A stretch of 64,000 bases of DNA from Schizochytrium sp. TIO01 (GCA_004764695.1 SMSO01000014.1:3529648-3593647), one strand, 5' to 3'; counted from the stretch's first letter, positions 23,911 through 36,851 are shown. The notes: generated from the letters alone by a model not told the origin. Translations and numbers: made by a program.

Positions 23911-24645
23911 TTACACGGCAGTGAGAGCCTCGTTTTCTTCTAACATAGAATCTTCACCCTGGATGGGGAGATGGAGCTTTTTGCAGAGACGCAAGAAACC
24001 CTCAGGATCGCGGAGGACAAATCGAGTGTGAGAGTTGCAGATGAAGCAACAGGAACATTTCTTTTGTCGAATTTCGATGCAAAGGTACGGACCTTGGACA
24101 AACGAAAAGCTCTGCACCAGCAGCTGTTGAAAGGAAGAGAGCGCACCAACGTGAACAGAGTAGTTGTCTTGGTTAAAATCACTCATCGTGCAAACAGAAA
24201 GGATGCCAACTTTAATACGGAGAATAGCGTTCTCAGAAGAAGACATGTCAACCTCAACGTAAGGAGGATAGCGAATGGTGATTAAGGCGATTAAAATATC
24301 GAAACTGAAGATGAATACGCACAGTGATGGAAGCGAGTAGAATACATCTCGAACTAGCACAGTACTTTCTTCATAATTCAGAGTGCCAGACGCAATAAAC
24401 AAGGCATCCTCAACCAGTACTAGCACATACCCAACAATGATACCCAGTAGGCTTGACAAAATCAGTCCAGTTGCGGTCTGCTTTAAGTTTCCAAGCAAGA
24501 AGGGAAATTGTGTCAATCCAAGGTTGCTTACTGGGTTCTCTTCAGGAATGTAGTCATCGTCCACGCTGGAGTGATTGTCGATGTTCTCCTGCTTTTGTAG
24601 AAGCCCGTGGCCTAGTTGCTCTGTTTCGATTTCAGGGCCCATCAT
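23911..24645 (-). CDS. Hypothetical membrane protein (2 predicted TM segments), 244 aa
   Basis: ATG-started 244-codon ORF with protein-like composition. Hydrophobic stretches GLILSSLLGIIVGYVLVLV and LPSLCVFIFSFDILIALITI. Confidence 0.65.
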   Translation of the reverse strand: MMGPEIETEQLGHGLLQKQENIDNHSSVDDDYIPEENPVSNLGLTQFPFLLGNLKQTATGLILSSLLGIIVGYVLVLVEDALFIASGTLNYEESTVLVRDVFYSLPSLCVFIFSFDILIALITIRYPPYVEVDMSSSENAILRIKVGILSVCTMSDFNQDNYSVHVGALSSFQQLLVQSFSFVQGPYLCIEIRQKKCSCCFICNSHTRFVLRDPEGFLRLCKKLHLPIQGEDSMLEENEALTAV

Positions 24646-25608
24646 GATAATATTCTAAAGTGGGTTCTCTACTGTAAGCGATGAGAGACTTGTCTCAACC
24701 TAGATATGCCGAAGAAGACAGTCCCTTCAGGGTTTTAAGTCCCTAGCCCACAACAGACTGCCCCTGCTCTCTACTGCGCTAAGATAGAAGGGGGCACAAC
24801 CTCGTTCGAGAAGAGCACGGATGGAACTGCGACGGCTGCAGTTGCAGGTTTGCTTTCCGACAACACACACGAAGAATTGAATATGAGTCCTTTTTTAAAG
24901 AAACAACAAAAATCAATCAGAAGAACTTGATTCATACTCCCTACATAGGAGTCACTAGTTGCCAACGACATGAAAAATCGGAAAAGCAACTTTCCCCTTC
25001 CTATCATAACCCTCTCACCGCTCTACCACTCTGATCCACTACTAGGCAGTAGCACCTCTTATCTGCTACCTAGCACTCGAACCCCTGTGTTTTCTCATTC
25101 TCTTTTTTTTCTTTTTTTTCTTTTCTTTTTTAAGATAAGAAGATTGAGAACAAACAGCCTCTTCTAATACCTATTTTAAATTTAATTTAATTTAAAAAAA
25201 GCAAAAAAAAAAAAACTTTCTTTCTGATAAAACCAACAGCGTGACTAGACTCAACTCGATTTGATTTCTTTCTTTTCCCCTCTGTCTCAAGTTCTGCTTT
25301 CCTTCTCAACAGTAGATTTAATCACGCACACTTGCGCCCAAACCCGCCCTTAACAGAAGTACTTCCTTGACTCCCTAGGTAGGTAGAAAGTGCATTTGTT
25401 GAACTTGACAGAAAAGAAGAAGAAGAAGAAAAGAAGAAGGAGCAGACGCATTTGGCCTTTGGTAGTGCTGGTTCGATTTAGACTCGCCTTTGAGCAGCCA
25501 TGCAGCCACCCATCCCATCCATGATAAGCCCAAACCCAACTCTTTTAAGACTTCAATTGCCTCTCTCAATCCATTACTTAATTAATTGGACTAAACGAGT
25601 TTTTCTCT

Positions 25609-25610
25609 TT

Positions 25611-25654
<44 letters not shown>

Positions 25655-25656
25655 TC
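25609..25656. repeat. (TTTC)n microsatellite
   Basis: Direct reading. Confidence 0.9.
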
Positions 25657-25962
25657 AATTAAAGCTCCCGTTCCTCGGCCTTTACTGCTATCTATCAATC
25701 AATCAAATCCTTTGGAATAGCACCAAAAAAGAATGAAAAAAACTCAATCAATCAATTACAATAAATAAAATAAGGATGCGAGAAAACCACAATATCGGCA
25801 ACCCATGACAACCAAAGTAGAAAACAATAACAGTCGGAGCTCTTCAGCAAACGCAATGAAACCATCGAACAAGCGAACGAAAGAAACTCGTGGAAGTCCT
25901 TCGCAGTCAATGAGTGGCGCAAAGGCACCATCGCGATAGGAGTGGCTCGTCTGACTGCCTCA

Positions 25963-26013
25963 CTCACTCACTCACTCACTCACTGACCGACTGTGAGTGA
26001 GTGAGTGAGTGAG
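25963..26013. repeat. Inverted microsatellite (CACT)n/(GAGT)n: 21-bp perfect inverted repeat with 9-nt spacer
   Basis: 25963-25983 ctcactcactcactcactcac is the exact reverse complement of 25993-26013. Confidence 0.9.
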
Positions 26014-26474
26014 CGAAAAGAGAAAGAGAAAGAGAAAGAGAAAGCTCACCAAAGTCAATAAGCAGCGCCAACTCTAACTCTTTAGAGAGAGGGAGAGAGA
26101 GCTTTGCTCTGCTTACGAAGCTGCTTTTGCAAAGAGGGAACTAATTGGAGCATAGGAGCACTAAATGGCACGCATGCACAGCATGAAAAAGACCAGAGCA
26201 GGAAAGGATGGGATTGAGTTAGATTAGATTAGATTGGAGTGGAGTGAGTGAGTGAGAGAGTGAGAGAATCAATCGGTTCCCAAAGGATTCGGTCGAGGTG
26301 AGCTGAGTCCCAAACTGAGCGGAACTTTGCGCTCGAGCGGTCGATCGGTCGTGCGTAGGAAACACAGCGCTCCTGCGAAGGCCGGTCGAGTTCCCGCAAA
26401 GCAGCCAGCCATCCCAATGGTCTGTCTTGGCGGCATCGCTCGAGGTGAGATGATCGATTCATCCATGTAAACTC

Positions 26475-26633
26475 ATCAATCAATGAGTTATTCAATCAAT
26501 TGATTATTCAGTCTATCGCGTTATTCAATCTATCGTTATTCAATCAATCGATCATTCAATCTATCGATCATTCAATCAATCGATCATTCAATCAATCCAT
26601 TATTCAATCAATCGATCATTCAATCAATCAATT
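26475..26633. repeat. ~16-bp minisatellite (TTCAATCAATCGATCA consensus), about 10 degenerate copies
   Basis: Direct reading of tandem units. Confidence 0.85.
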
Positions 26634-29600
26634 GCACATCAATCGGTGAATGGACTCTTTCCCGTTAATTCATTCATTCATTCATTCATTCATTCGTTCA
26701 TTTGTCCATTCACAACGTTCCAAACATTCCAGTAGGAGTTTCTCCTAACCACGTGTAGTCGACCCGTATCCCGTATCCACTCCTACCTTGCAAGAGGTTT
26801 TAGATCGCGTCTGTTTCCCCCTTCAAAGCAGGTGTCTGCCTGTCTAGGCAGAACTAGTAGTAGTTCGTTATACTTTCTGTTGTTTCTTTCACAAATTAAA
26901 GATAAATAGAGAAACGGAGAAGTGAGTCCTGCTCTTTCGAGGTCGTCTGTAGAGCTGGTTAGGGGCGCACTTAGGCACTTCTTTTCTGTTAGATGAAATG
27001 ATAAATGAATAAATCACAAATTTATTGATACTTAAAGATTATAATAATCATAATTTCAAGGACACGTTGAGAGAGAGAGAGAGTTCTTTGTTAACTCTTT
27101 GCGTGTGTCCTCCCGAATGCTCGAGTGCGACTGGACTGGTAGGAAATGCTAATGGAGTGGTAGCAGCAGGTCCTCAGGGGTAAACAAAGGAATAAACAAC
27201 TCAAATGAGATAATGAGAAAGCACGGATATGTATATATAGAGAGAGAGAGGTTCAGACGAAAGTAATCATTTCCGCTCAGGACTGAAACGAACAAACGCT
27301 GCGTTGGGCTCGGGCCCAGAAGAGAGCTGCAGACCTGCCTGTGTCCACGCGAGACCAGCGCTGCGGATGGATGCTGGCTGAGAGCGCCGTATGCCTTGTC
27401 TCCTCAGGGCTGGCTGACTATCCATCCATCCACTCTTGGTCCACGGTTAGCTCTGCCATGAGGAATCGACCAATATGTGATGTGCAGGATCTCATAACTT
27501 CTTTAATTAATGAATTAACTTTTTAAATTAAAAAAAGGTTTTAAAAGTGCGAGAATGAAAGACTGATCGCAGATTTATTTATTTATTTATTTATTTATTT
27601 ATTTCTGCGATCTCTCGCTTCGTCCATCTTGGATTATCCATCTCTCGTCGTCCTCGAGAATGGGACTTTTCGGCGCGAGGCCCCTCGACTTGGCGCAATG
27701 CGCTGCTCACCACAAGCTTGGGGCCCGCACAGAGGGCGCAACACTTCAGCGAACGGGCCGAGACCACGCCAATCCCATTCTGAGTACGCGAGGTCCTTGA
27801 TTAAATCTCAAGACGCAAAAAGGGCGCCATCTTTGAATCGCCTCACAGTTAACATGCCCGCTTTGAGTTGTTGAATGACCATGAAGAAACAATCAAACAA
27901 TCAAACAAAGAAATAATCAAACAATCAGACAATCAAAAAATCAAACAGGCGTACACACAGCGACTGGTGCTCGAAAGTCGGAAGACCTGCGAAGGTAGCT
28001 CAGATGAACGCGACCAACGCTCGCCAAAAAGCCTAACTTGGCCTGTTATAACTTTCGTAGGATTTTAGCTTATTTTCCCGTTTCCACCGTGTTACTGTGT
28101 CATCAAAAACCTTCAGCGAAAGGGTTAAAAACGCTCATCATATGTGAGCGACCATCTGTACAGGTAATAGCAGCCTCTTATTGGGTAATAGGGTGCTTCC
28201 TTGCCCCCTCTTTCTTTTCGGGTTTTAACTTTTATGGCCCTGTTTAGTTTATGACTTAACAGTACCACTTCTTTCAAGGTTAAAATAAATGAAATGAATC
28301 ATACCAAAACAAACTTCGAATAAGGAAGGTAAATAAACAAAAACTGGTTAGTCAATGCTCGCTACCATAACTTGGGTAAAAGCTCTTCATCTATTCAACA
28401 AGAATTCAATAAATTAAGGGGAAACAAATAATAATGTAATGGAGTTGGACGTTCAAGTTCCGCATCCCTTCGTGAAACTCTTCGGTTGCGTTTACTTGAA
28501 GGTTCGCCCGGCTAAGAAAACAATCGTCATGCGATTGCGCACTGCGATAGTAAAACATGCCACTTTTTTCGGAGTCTCGAAACCTTGGCAGGATTGTATT
28601 CTTGATCTCCAAAGCCCTCCTGAAACAGCAAGGAGCTGTAGAACGTCCTCGGCTGAAGGTGGGCAATTAAGCAGAAACCCAGGAATGAGAGGACCGGTGG
28701 GTGCTATTCTTTGCGGGTTTGGCAAAGCACTCGAGTCACTATTCAAGCTTCGCTAGTTTTTAGAGTTGGCACCATTTTTTCTTTCTTTATTTCTTTATTT
28801 CTTTCTTTCTTTCTTTCTTTCCTTTTTGAATTTTTTAGTTGCATTCACTTTTAATTAATAATAATAAACGTAAAAAAGGAGATCAAGTTTTAAATTTATC
28901 TGAAAATATAAATAAATAAACAAATAAATAAATAAAAGTCATAAATTATGGGTTGTTGTAGCTTCGCTATAACCTCTACCTGACTTGCGCGAGGTTCAAC
29001 TTCGAGTTCGTTACCGCGCGGTCCCAGGGCGTGACGAATCGGGTGGCTGCGATGACATGCCTGCTCGTACGCACGCACGCACGCATTGGCCTGACACGCC
29101 AAGCCTGCATCAAACCAGTACGCGGGCTGTAGTTGCCACGCGAGGCGCAGATCGCGATACCGGAGCCCACAGAACCGGCCGCCGTGAACAGCTCAGGTTG
29201 GAGATCGAACAGTCAAACAGCAGCGATCCTTGAGCGAATGGCTGCCTTTGCTGGCGGCAAGGATGGCCAAACCGCTGCGAAGTGGAGGGTGCCTGGGTAT
29301 CAGATCGTGGTCAACCGCCGGGCATCATAGGCGGCTCGTCCGTCAAGAAGCCTGCTCACGATTCGTCGGAGAGGTGCCGTTGCAGCTTGGATCATTTGGC
29401 AAGGCTCTCCAGAACCTGTTCGTGAATTATGGCGAGGCCGAGAGAGAGGTCGAGAGAGACACGGACTAGACTGATTGGAATTCCGCGCTTGGTGTCGGCA
29501 ACATTTGAGAACTCACTCACGAGATCACGAGGTCACGAACTCACATAATCTTCTGCTTCTGCATCTTCTGCTTCTGTTACGATGTGGCTGCCATCTTGAA

Positions 29601-31140
29601 TTTCACGAGTTCGGATCCGCAGATTTGAGGAGTTTGATTGCAGCGTCAAATGCCAACCTGCTCCGCTGATTCGTTGGTTTGTTCAACAACATCACATCTC
29701 GTCACGCACAAACGACGTCTCACCTGCCGCCTTCACTCGATGTTCGCATGTGCGCAACGAGGTTGATTTCGACGGCGATGACGATGGCGCCAACGACGAT
29801 GGTGATGATGATGATGATAGCGACGACAGCGATGCTACTTTGTCTCGTGAAGCGAGAGACGGAGCTTGGAGTGCCAGGGCGCTGCAGACTCTGCGAGAGA
29901 GCCAACCTCTGTGTCACGTCCACGCCGCAAGAGCAGGTCGCGAGTCGCCAGATCGTGGCCTCCACCTGCGCCCGTGTTCTCGTGCAGCTCGAGCGCGGCA
30001 AGTGCAATGCAAACTTCACGCTGTCGTTCAGGAGGTTTACGAAGATCTCGAAGACAAACAAACACAGTGTGCCGTGATCAATTGCAATTGATTGATCGCT
30101 CGCTCGCTCGCTTGATCGAGGAAGGGAACCCGAGGCGAGTGATGTGAGGGCCTGTTCGAGCTGAAGAGCTGTGCCTTCAAGTGGAAGGGCTCTTCCACAC
30201 ACTGAACGTGTATACGCAAAGAGAAACTCGCGTGATCACCATGAAATGATCAACATGAAAAGGTCACCATGAATCGATCAATCAATCAATGCATCAATCA
30301 ATGCATCAATCAATGTATCAATCAGTCGATTCAATCAGTCAATGCGAAGCTGGAGCACCTTGACTTCCTACCTCCCCACGAACTATTTACATGGCCTTGG
30401 GCGAATGTGGAAGGGCGAATGGTGGCTCTCGTGGCGAACGTACTCGTGACCAGGACCCATATGGCAGGCTCGTGCCAGCTTCGCTACGCATGCGAACCCG
30501 CAGGATCTCAAGACAAGACCAAACAAACAATCAAACAAACAAACAAACGGTGAGGAGCACTCCCGCAGCTCCCAAAGGCAGATCCAAACGAATGGCTCTG
30601 CAAAGGAGCTCAGCGTGCAGCAGTTCGGAGCCCTTGTTGGTTGCCTCAAATCGTGAACCTCCATCCCAGAAAGTCTACCTACGATCTATATTTTCGAGCT
30701 TGCTCGAAAATTACCTTCTGGGGTGTTCCCGTACATCGGCAGGGAGTCTGTTTCCTGAAAGGTCTACCAAGAGTTTTGCTTTTACATCATCCTCCTACCG
30801 TTTTCGGACCCCTTCGTCTTTGAGGAACTGCGAGAATGGCAGCTGTCGGCAGAAGATAAGCAGTATTATTTTGTGGATCTTTGGGGTGGAGGCCTCGAAT
30901 GTAAAAGAACCACTGCAAAGGAAAGACTGCTTCGTTACCTCGCATTTCATCTGTTTTTATGCATGCATCAGATCAAAGGTTCGACTGAAAGAGTGGTTCT
31001 CCTTTGTGGCGTTTTGTAATTAAATCTAAATCTTCTTTCTTTCTTGTTCCTTCTTCTTTTCTTTCTTTTTCCCCGTTCTTTCTTTTTTACTTGACGAGGT
31101 GAAAAATTGTCGCTGAGCCCTTATTCGTAACTACATCACA

Positions 31141-31410
31141 AACAAACAAAATAGAAACAAATAAATTGAAACAAACAAATTGAAACAAATAAAATTGAAA
31201 CAATAAAATAGAATCAAGTAGAAATAAATATTGAAACAAATATTAACAAATAGAAATAAATATTAACAAATAGAAATAAATAGAAACAAATAGAAACAAA
31301 TAAAAACAAATAGAAACAAATAAAACAAATAAAACAAATAGAAACAAATAGAAACAAATAAAACAAATAGAAGCAAATAGAAGCAAATAGAAACAAATAG
31401 AAACAAACAA
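31141..31410. repeat. ~10-bp A-rich minisatellite (AAATAGAAAC consensus)
   Basis: Direct reading; produces the FLFVSICFY artefact ORFs on the minus strand. Confidence 0.9.
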
Positions 31411-33197
31411 ACCAACAAAAAGAGAAAGGGGAAATGGCCTATTCACAGAGAGACGAGATAAGAAGGTTTCTCTGCTTTGCTCTTTTGCAAAGGGAGGAAG
31501 TCGACCTTCGCAGATGCCGCTGCATATGCCACAAAGCCTCCCGTTCTCGACGAAATTCTCGCATTCGTCGAGCAGCTTCCTTCAGATTCTTCAGCTGCAT
31601 TCGAAAGAAACTATTCTTGCTGAAGCGTGTGTTTTCTTACTCGCGAAAGAAAAGGAATCCCAGCGATGCTAATACATGGAAAGAAAGCAATGGCTTGGCA
31701 AAGGCCATGCACGGTCTTGGCCGCGTTGCAGTACGTGGCGCGAACAGCGTTTGACTGTCTAAACTTCGAGGCGGCTCTGTATTGTGAAAGGCGAACGCTT
31801 CATGGCAGGAGCGAAGAAGACGAGAAAGACGGTCCTTGGGGGAAGATAACAACGCCACTTACAAAAGTGGGTCCAAGTCCCTGAAATTGAATGTCCCCGA
31901 ACTTAGCAGTCTGAGCCAAAACGAACCCGGAATAACTGGGACACCGTTTTGCCCTTTCCCTCGATGATGAGGATTGAGATTGAGATTGAGGACGACGCTG
32001 GCATCAACGCTGTACCATTGCTTAATCAGACCCGAAGCTGAAATTCTTCATCAACGAACCAAGGTAAAACCAGGCCTGGAAACGAGGTATACCTAGCTGG
32101 GCAGTGAAATTTTCTGCATCGTGTACATTGACGGAATATATAGCAGCGAGATAGGGGATTACGAGAAGCACCGAATAAAAAGATGAACGGATGTTGCTGG
32201 GTACTACAAGACCATACGAAACGTTCATGAACCTTAATATGGGACGATTTTGGATGTCACAGATCAAGATAAGTGAGACTTTAGCTCGGTTCATTTGCAT
32301 TTCGTGGGACTCGATCCGAAATTGCTGGCTCTGAGGTGGAATAGAATACACATGGGATTTAGAGCTCCTCTTGTTAGCAAACACAGCTTTGCACCAGTCA
32401 TAGTTGAATCCAGCCTCGGTTTGTGCTCCGTTGAACGAGTGGGTGAAAATCGAAGTACAAACCTTCGGTTCAACAAACTGTCATATGCATAAGATACCTT
32501 TCGTATACTTTAATATACGGCTAGTCTCAGTGAAAAAAAAAAAGAAAACACGCTCATCTGGTCAGTTCTTTTGTAGAAGCAAAGAAAGAATATCAGGAGT
32601 ATTAAAGTTAACATGAAGAAACTGAGCATGAGTATGCGTCACTTTCCTACGAAAGACTTTGAAGAAACAGAAATGCTTACTGGTGTTCGAAATTTTGTAA
32701 ATCTTCAAGCGTTAAGGCAAATAAGCAATCACAGGAGTTCGCGATAGTTATCCATGCTCAGATCTTGCTGTAAAACAGCGCTCTAGTTAGTTCGGAGCCA
32801 CCAAGAGCTTTTCTGTTGGTTGCATGTAAGCTCATGTTAGAGAAAATATCAACTGTACTCTTAGGGAATTACATATGGAGGCACTAGCTAATAGTAGATG
32901 CATAGGTACTAGTATTGGAGCTAAAATAAGCCCGGATAAGCCGGTTCTATTGAATATAAAATGGGTAAAAGAATGAAGATGTCTCAACGGCCGTATTGGT
33001 TAAGTTTCACCTTTTGACGAAAAGCATATCAGAAGAACCGCTGTGCAGATTGTCGAAGATATCTGCGAGACCTTCGGCAAAGCTTATACATACTGTTGCG
33101 CTAAAAGAGACAATTGTGGTTAGGCCCAGGACGGGCTTTGCTTGCGAATAGGCCTGGCAAGTTCTTTGGAGAAGTCAAGTTTCTGCGTTTAGCCGCG

Positions 33198-35486
33198 ATG
33201 GAGCTGTGCAGAAGCGACCTAGCCACCGTGGGACCGGTGTCTGGGCTGAACACGCTAAAAATTTTACCATTTGGCAGCAAGAGTAGGCGACAGCGAATCA
33301 TTGTAGGTGATGGTGCTGGGTTTATCACATGCTTGCAGTCAAAACGAGGAGAGACTTCTGCAGTTTTCAAAGCTCGTGCTGGTGAAAATAGCAACCCTGT
33401 TGCATCACTCACCTTAGATGGCGACAATATCTTTGCAGCAGAAGGTAGAGCAGTTCGAGGTTTTAACAAGAAAGGCAAAGAGACCTATGTGTACAACACA
33501 AGCCTTTCGGAATCTATTCGCCATTTAGTCAACTCAGGATCAACGTTCTGGGTTGCAGGCCAGCTTACTTATACTTCTTTCGAAGGTAGCTCTGAACGAG
33601 AATACTTGAAGTTTGAGGATTCAATCACAAGCCTTGCTGTAATGAATGCATCCACCTCGGAGAAGAGTATTGCTCTTCTTGGAGGCAGTGGTCATAAGAT
33701 TCGCTCTGTGTTTCATGGCGCTATCGTATCTACTCTTGCCACGTCTGGTGTCCCAACAAGCTTACAAGCATATGGGGAAAACTGCGAGCAAGGCCTTTAT
33801 GTGTACGGAACAGCGTCAGGATGCCTCGGGATGCTTCAAGTCTGCGAGTCTGGTCAATTGAAACGTCTATGGGAACTTGCTGGAGAAGGGAGCATCAATT
33901 GCATAAGTACATATGACTTTAATAAAGACGATATTCCGAACATTCTAGTTGGCCGAGACGATGGAAGCGTTCAGGTATTTGCTGTACATGGCACTGATGG
34001 AGCATCCAAGACACAGGAGAGTAAACAAAATGCATTATTCATACCTGAATATGCTTCACTTAAATATGAATGCCAAGTTGATGAGAGTGTTCGAGCAATT
34101 CAGGCAGGTGTGGTCAGCACCCCTGGATATGATGAAATTGTGCTCTGTACATATTCTGGAAATGTCATTAGCTTTAGCACTGAGGCCCTCGACACAGCAG
34201 AGACTGGAGATAAACAAGGGCGAACAAAGGCTGACGTCGATGCCGAGGGTCGCACCACACAACTTCGTGAGGAGCTCAAGTCAGTTCAAAAGCAAATTGA
34301 TGCAACACGCGCCAAATTACTCAAGCTGAATGGGGATACACAATCGAGCCTTGCAATCAACTTTGATCAGTTACATATTAACCACCGTCTCGAATTGCAA
34401 CCTCGAAGGAGCACGTACTGTCTCTCTTTAGAAATGGTAGTTCCAATGTCACTTGTTATTCTTCAGTCAGATCTTCCTATCAAACTCATCGATACTGATG
34501 AAGCGAACATTGATGGTAGCCGTTCATCCCAAAGCATAGTTATCACCAAAAAGGAGTTGCCAACGGGCGGGGTTCATGCAGTATATCGTCCAGAGGAAGC
34601 ATGCAAACGAATCGAAATTCGAATTGGCACCTTAGAAGGTCAATATGGTGAGATCCGGGTCACCGTAGTGGCTGCCACGAAGCCCCAACTTGGCCGTCAA
34701 CTCACGGTAGAGATCAAGCCTCTGTCTTTGCACCAACGATGTGACGTAATTGAAGACTTGGCCAAAATTCCTCTGAGCCACGTACGATTCACAGGAACAT
34801 TCTCGCTTCACCAAGTTCATGAATGGATTCAAGCGTGCCTCCCGTACGTGCCAGCAAGTACACCCACTCCTGAAACTATGAAAACCTTCTCAAAGTCACG
34901 CGGTATGGACGGCCGGGAAGAACCAGGTCAAGAGCAGCCAATGGCTGTACTATACTATCGCAACACTCTGGTAAATAGCGTACTTGTCGTTCGTTATTGT
35001 TCAGGGTTTATTGAAGTGGAGTCTGATTCGATTTCTGCTATCGCGATTGCTCGCGAGGTCATAACAGCTGTGGCGAACAAGAGAAAAGCAAACATCGTCA
35101 TGCGCTTCGAAATTAACCCTGCAACTGTACCATACTTTCTTCAGCGATTGGATGCTCCATTGCAAAAGTACACGAAACTCCATGAGCGCACACTACTTGC
35201 TGATGCCTTGCGTGAAATCTGTAATGACGCAGATGGATCTGCCAATGGAGCGTTTCTTGTACCTGAACATCGCAGTATTCTAGCCAAACCTGAAACCTCT
35301 TCAGTACAGCAAAATCAGTTTACATCCACACTCCAGGCCCTTCAAGGTGTTGTCTCAGATTTGTATGTAGATATAAAAAAGTTTGCAGGAAGCGACATCC
35401 GCAACCCAAACTTTCATGCAGGTCTCTCCCGGATTCTCGATAACTACTCTCTTGATGCACTGCTCAATTTTTTCTCTCAGAATTAA
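33198..35486 (+). CDS. BBS7: Bardet-Biedl syndrome 7 protein (BBSome subunit), 762 aa
   Basis: First ATG at 33198. MELCRSDLATVG...TLKILP...QRIIVGDGAGFITC...KRGETSAVFK matches the BBS7 N-terminus. Also ILVGRDDGSVQV, GYDEIVLCTYSG, IGTLEGQYG, IKPLSLHQR, GTFSLHQVHEWI and SDSISAIAI. Confidence 0.95.
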   Translation: MELCRSDLATVGPVSGLNTLKILPFGSKSRRQRIIVGDGAGFITCLQSKRGETSAVFKARAGENSNPVASLTLDGDNIFAAEGRAVRGFNKKGKETYVYNTSLSESIRHLVNSGSTFWVAGQLTYTSFEGSSEREYLKFEDSITSLAVMNASTSEKSIALLGGSGHKIRSVFHGAIVSTLATSGVPTSLQAYGENCEQGLYVYGTASGCLGMLQVCESGQLKRLWELAGEGSINCISTYDFNKDDIPNILVGRDDGSVQVFAVHGTDGASKTQESKQNALFIPEYASLKYECQVDESVRAIQAGVVSTPGYDEIVLCTYSGNVISFSTEALDTAETGDKQGRTKADVDAEGRTTQLREELKSVQKQIDATRAKLLKLNGDTQSSLAINFDQLHINHRLELQPRRSTYCLSLEMVVPMSLVILQSDLPIKLIDTDEANIDGSRSSQSIVITKKELPTGGVHAVYRPEEACKRIEIRIGTLEGQYGEIRVTVVAATKPQLGRQLTVEIKPLSLHQRCDVIEDLAKIPLSHVRFTGTFSLHQVHEWIQACLPYVPASTPTPETMKTFSKSRGMDGREEPGQEQPMAVLYYRNTLVNSVLVVRYCSGFIEVESDSISAIAIAREVITAVANKRKANIVMRFEINPATVPYFLQRLDAPLQKYTKLHERTLLADALREICNDADGSANGAFLVPEHRSILAKPETSSVQQNQFTSTLQALQGVVSDLYVDIKKFAGSDIRNPNFHAGLSRILDNYSLDALLNFFSQN

Positions 35487-36407
35487 ATTTTAAAGTGATG
35501 AAATTCTTTCATCTCTTTGAACTTTATCCTTTGAGAGTAGTTTGCAGTAGTGGCGAATAGTTAGTAACTCTACGCACTAAGAACACGAGCAACCTTTCTT
35601 AAAATCACCTTTATTTGAAGTATGAGAACAGCTCATCATAAAAGGTGCTGGAAGCATTCAACAAAGGTAGAAATAGAAAATATACCTTGATATAGAAAGT
35701 ATCCCTGTCAACAAAACAACAATCTATATTCTTCAATTAACCACTTCGGGCATAAGTATCCATAGAACGCAAGATTTTCTATTATTTTGGTTTCCGCTTC
35801 AGTGCACAGAAAAATTTTCAAGCAACTCAAAGTTTGAACAAACATGCTGTGTCTCTCTACACACTCACTGATGATAGAAGTTCGCATTATCCTTTATTTT
35901 AGGCTTTCGACGTTGAGATTTTGAGCATTTCGTTTGAGTAGGACCTTCTTTAATTAAAATAAAAAATAAAAAAATAGAAGGGGTAGGAAAGGGTCAACGC
36001 CGTAGTGGCAATGATTCAAGAAAGAGCTAAATTTAAATCGTGGTCAAAGCTAATTTCCTTTACATAAAATGAAGAGAAGCTTGAAACTATGCAGAAGTAG
36101 TGAGTATGCAAGATCCCCTTCTGAAATAACCTCGACACAACGTGAATATGCATAGTAAAGTGTGAGCCTATGTGCTCAACAGAGATTTGAATGGTAAAAG
36201 AGAGAAGAGGGTAAACGAAAGGCATAAAAAGAAAGGAGCCTAGCTGAAGTCGCGATCTGTGAAAAAAATAATGAATGCTTTGCCCGAGAACTAGTTCTTA
36301 ATCAACAAAAGCACCCACGTGCACCCCAGCAAGGGTCTAAGTCACACCGATTGAGATTGAGGAGAAGCAAAGCATGTCAGTGATATTATTGTGCTCTGCA
36401 GTCAAAT

Positions 36408-36851
36408 TTAGAAGTTAAAAGTGCGTCCTGCGGAACGGTTGATCTTATCGAGGACATCGTTGACATCATCCTCATTGAGCTTGTTTTGAAGGCTGGGAAT
36501 TAATGACACAGCCTCATCATATTCTTCAGGTTTCAGGTTGATGAGCGAGACAAGCTCAAATGGTGCAAGTTTTACAACACCCACGTTGCCCTCAGCGTCG
36601 ACTTTCTCCCAAGTCTTCGCCTCAAGCTCACTTTCAAGCTCCTGAACGACACCCTTGTTTACCACGGGGTCCTTAATTTGGCTAAAACGGTTGACATAAG
36701 CGAGAGTCTGCTCGAATACCTCAGGCACAGCCTTATCGTCTTGCTCAAACTTGATCTTGGCTTCCTGCAGCACAATGGCAACCTCAGCGTTGGAGAGGCA
36801 CGGAACGTTGTCAAACTCCGGACCAAGTCGAAGCTCTGAGGCGTCCTCCAT
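36408..36851 (-). CDS. RPB4: RNA polymerase II subunit RPB4 (POLR2D), 147 aa
   Basis: EDASELRLGPEF..CLSNAEV, VFEQTLAYVNRFS and FELVSLINLKPEEYDEAVSLIPSL are Rpb4 hallmarks. Confidence 0.93.
   Translation of the reverse strand: MEDASELRLGPEFDNVPCLSNAEVAIVLQEAKIKFEQDDKAVPEVFEQTLAYVNRFSQIKDPVVNKGVVQELESELEAKTWEKVDAEGNVGVVKLAPFELVSLINLKPEEYDEAVSLIPSLQNKLNEDDVNDVLDKINRSAGRTFNF

Noticed and set aside
26475-26633. Regularly spaced repeats as a possible CRISPR array
   Set aside because: The units are tandem with no unique spacers, the context is eukaryotic and there are no cas genes.
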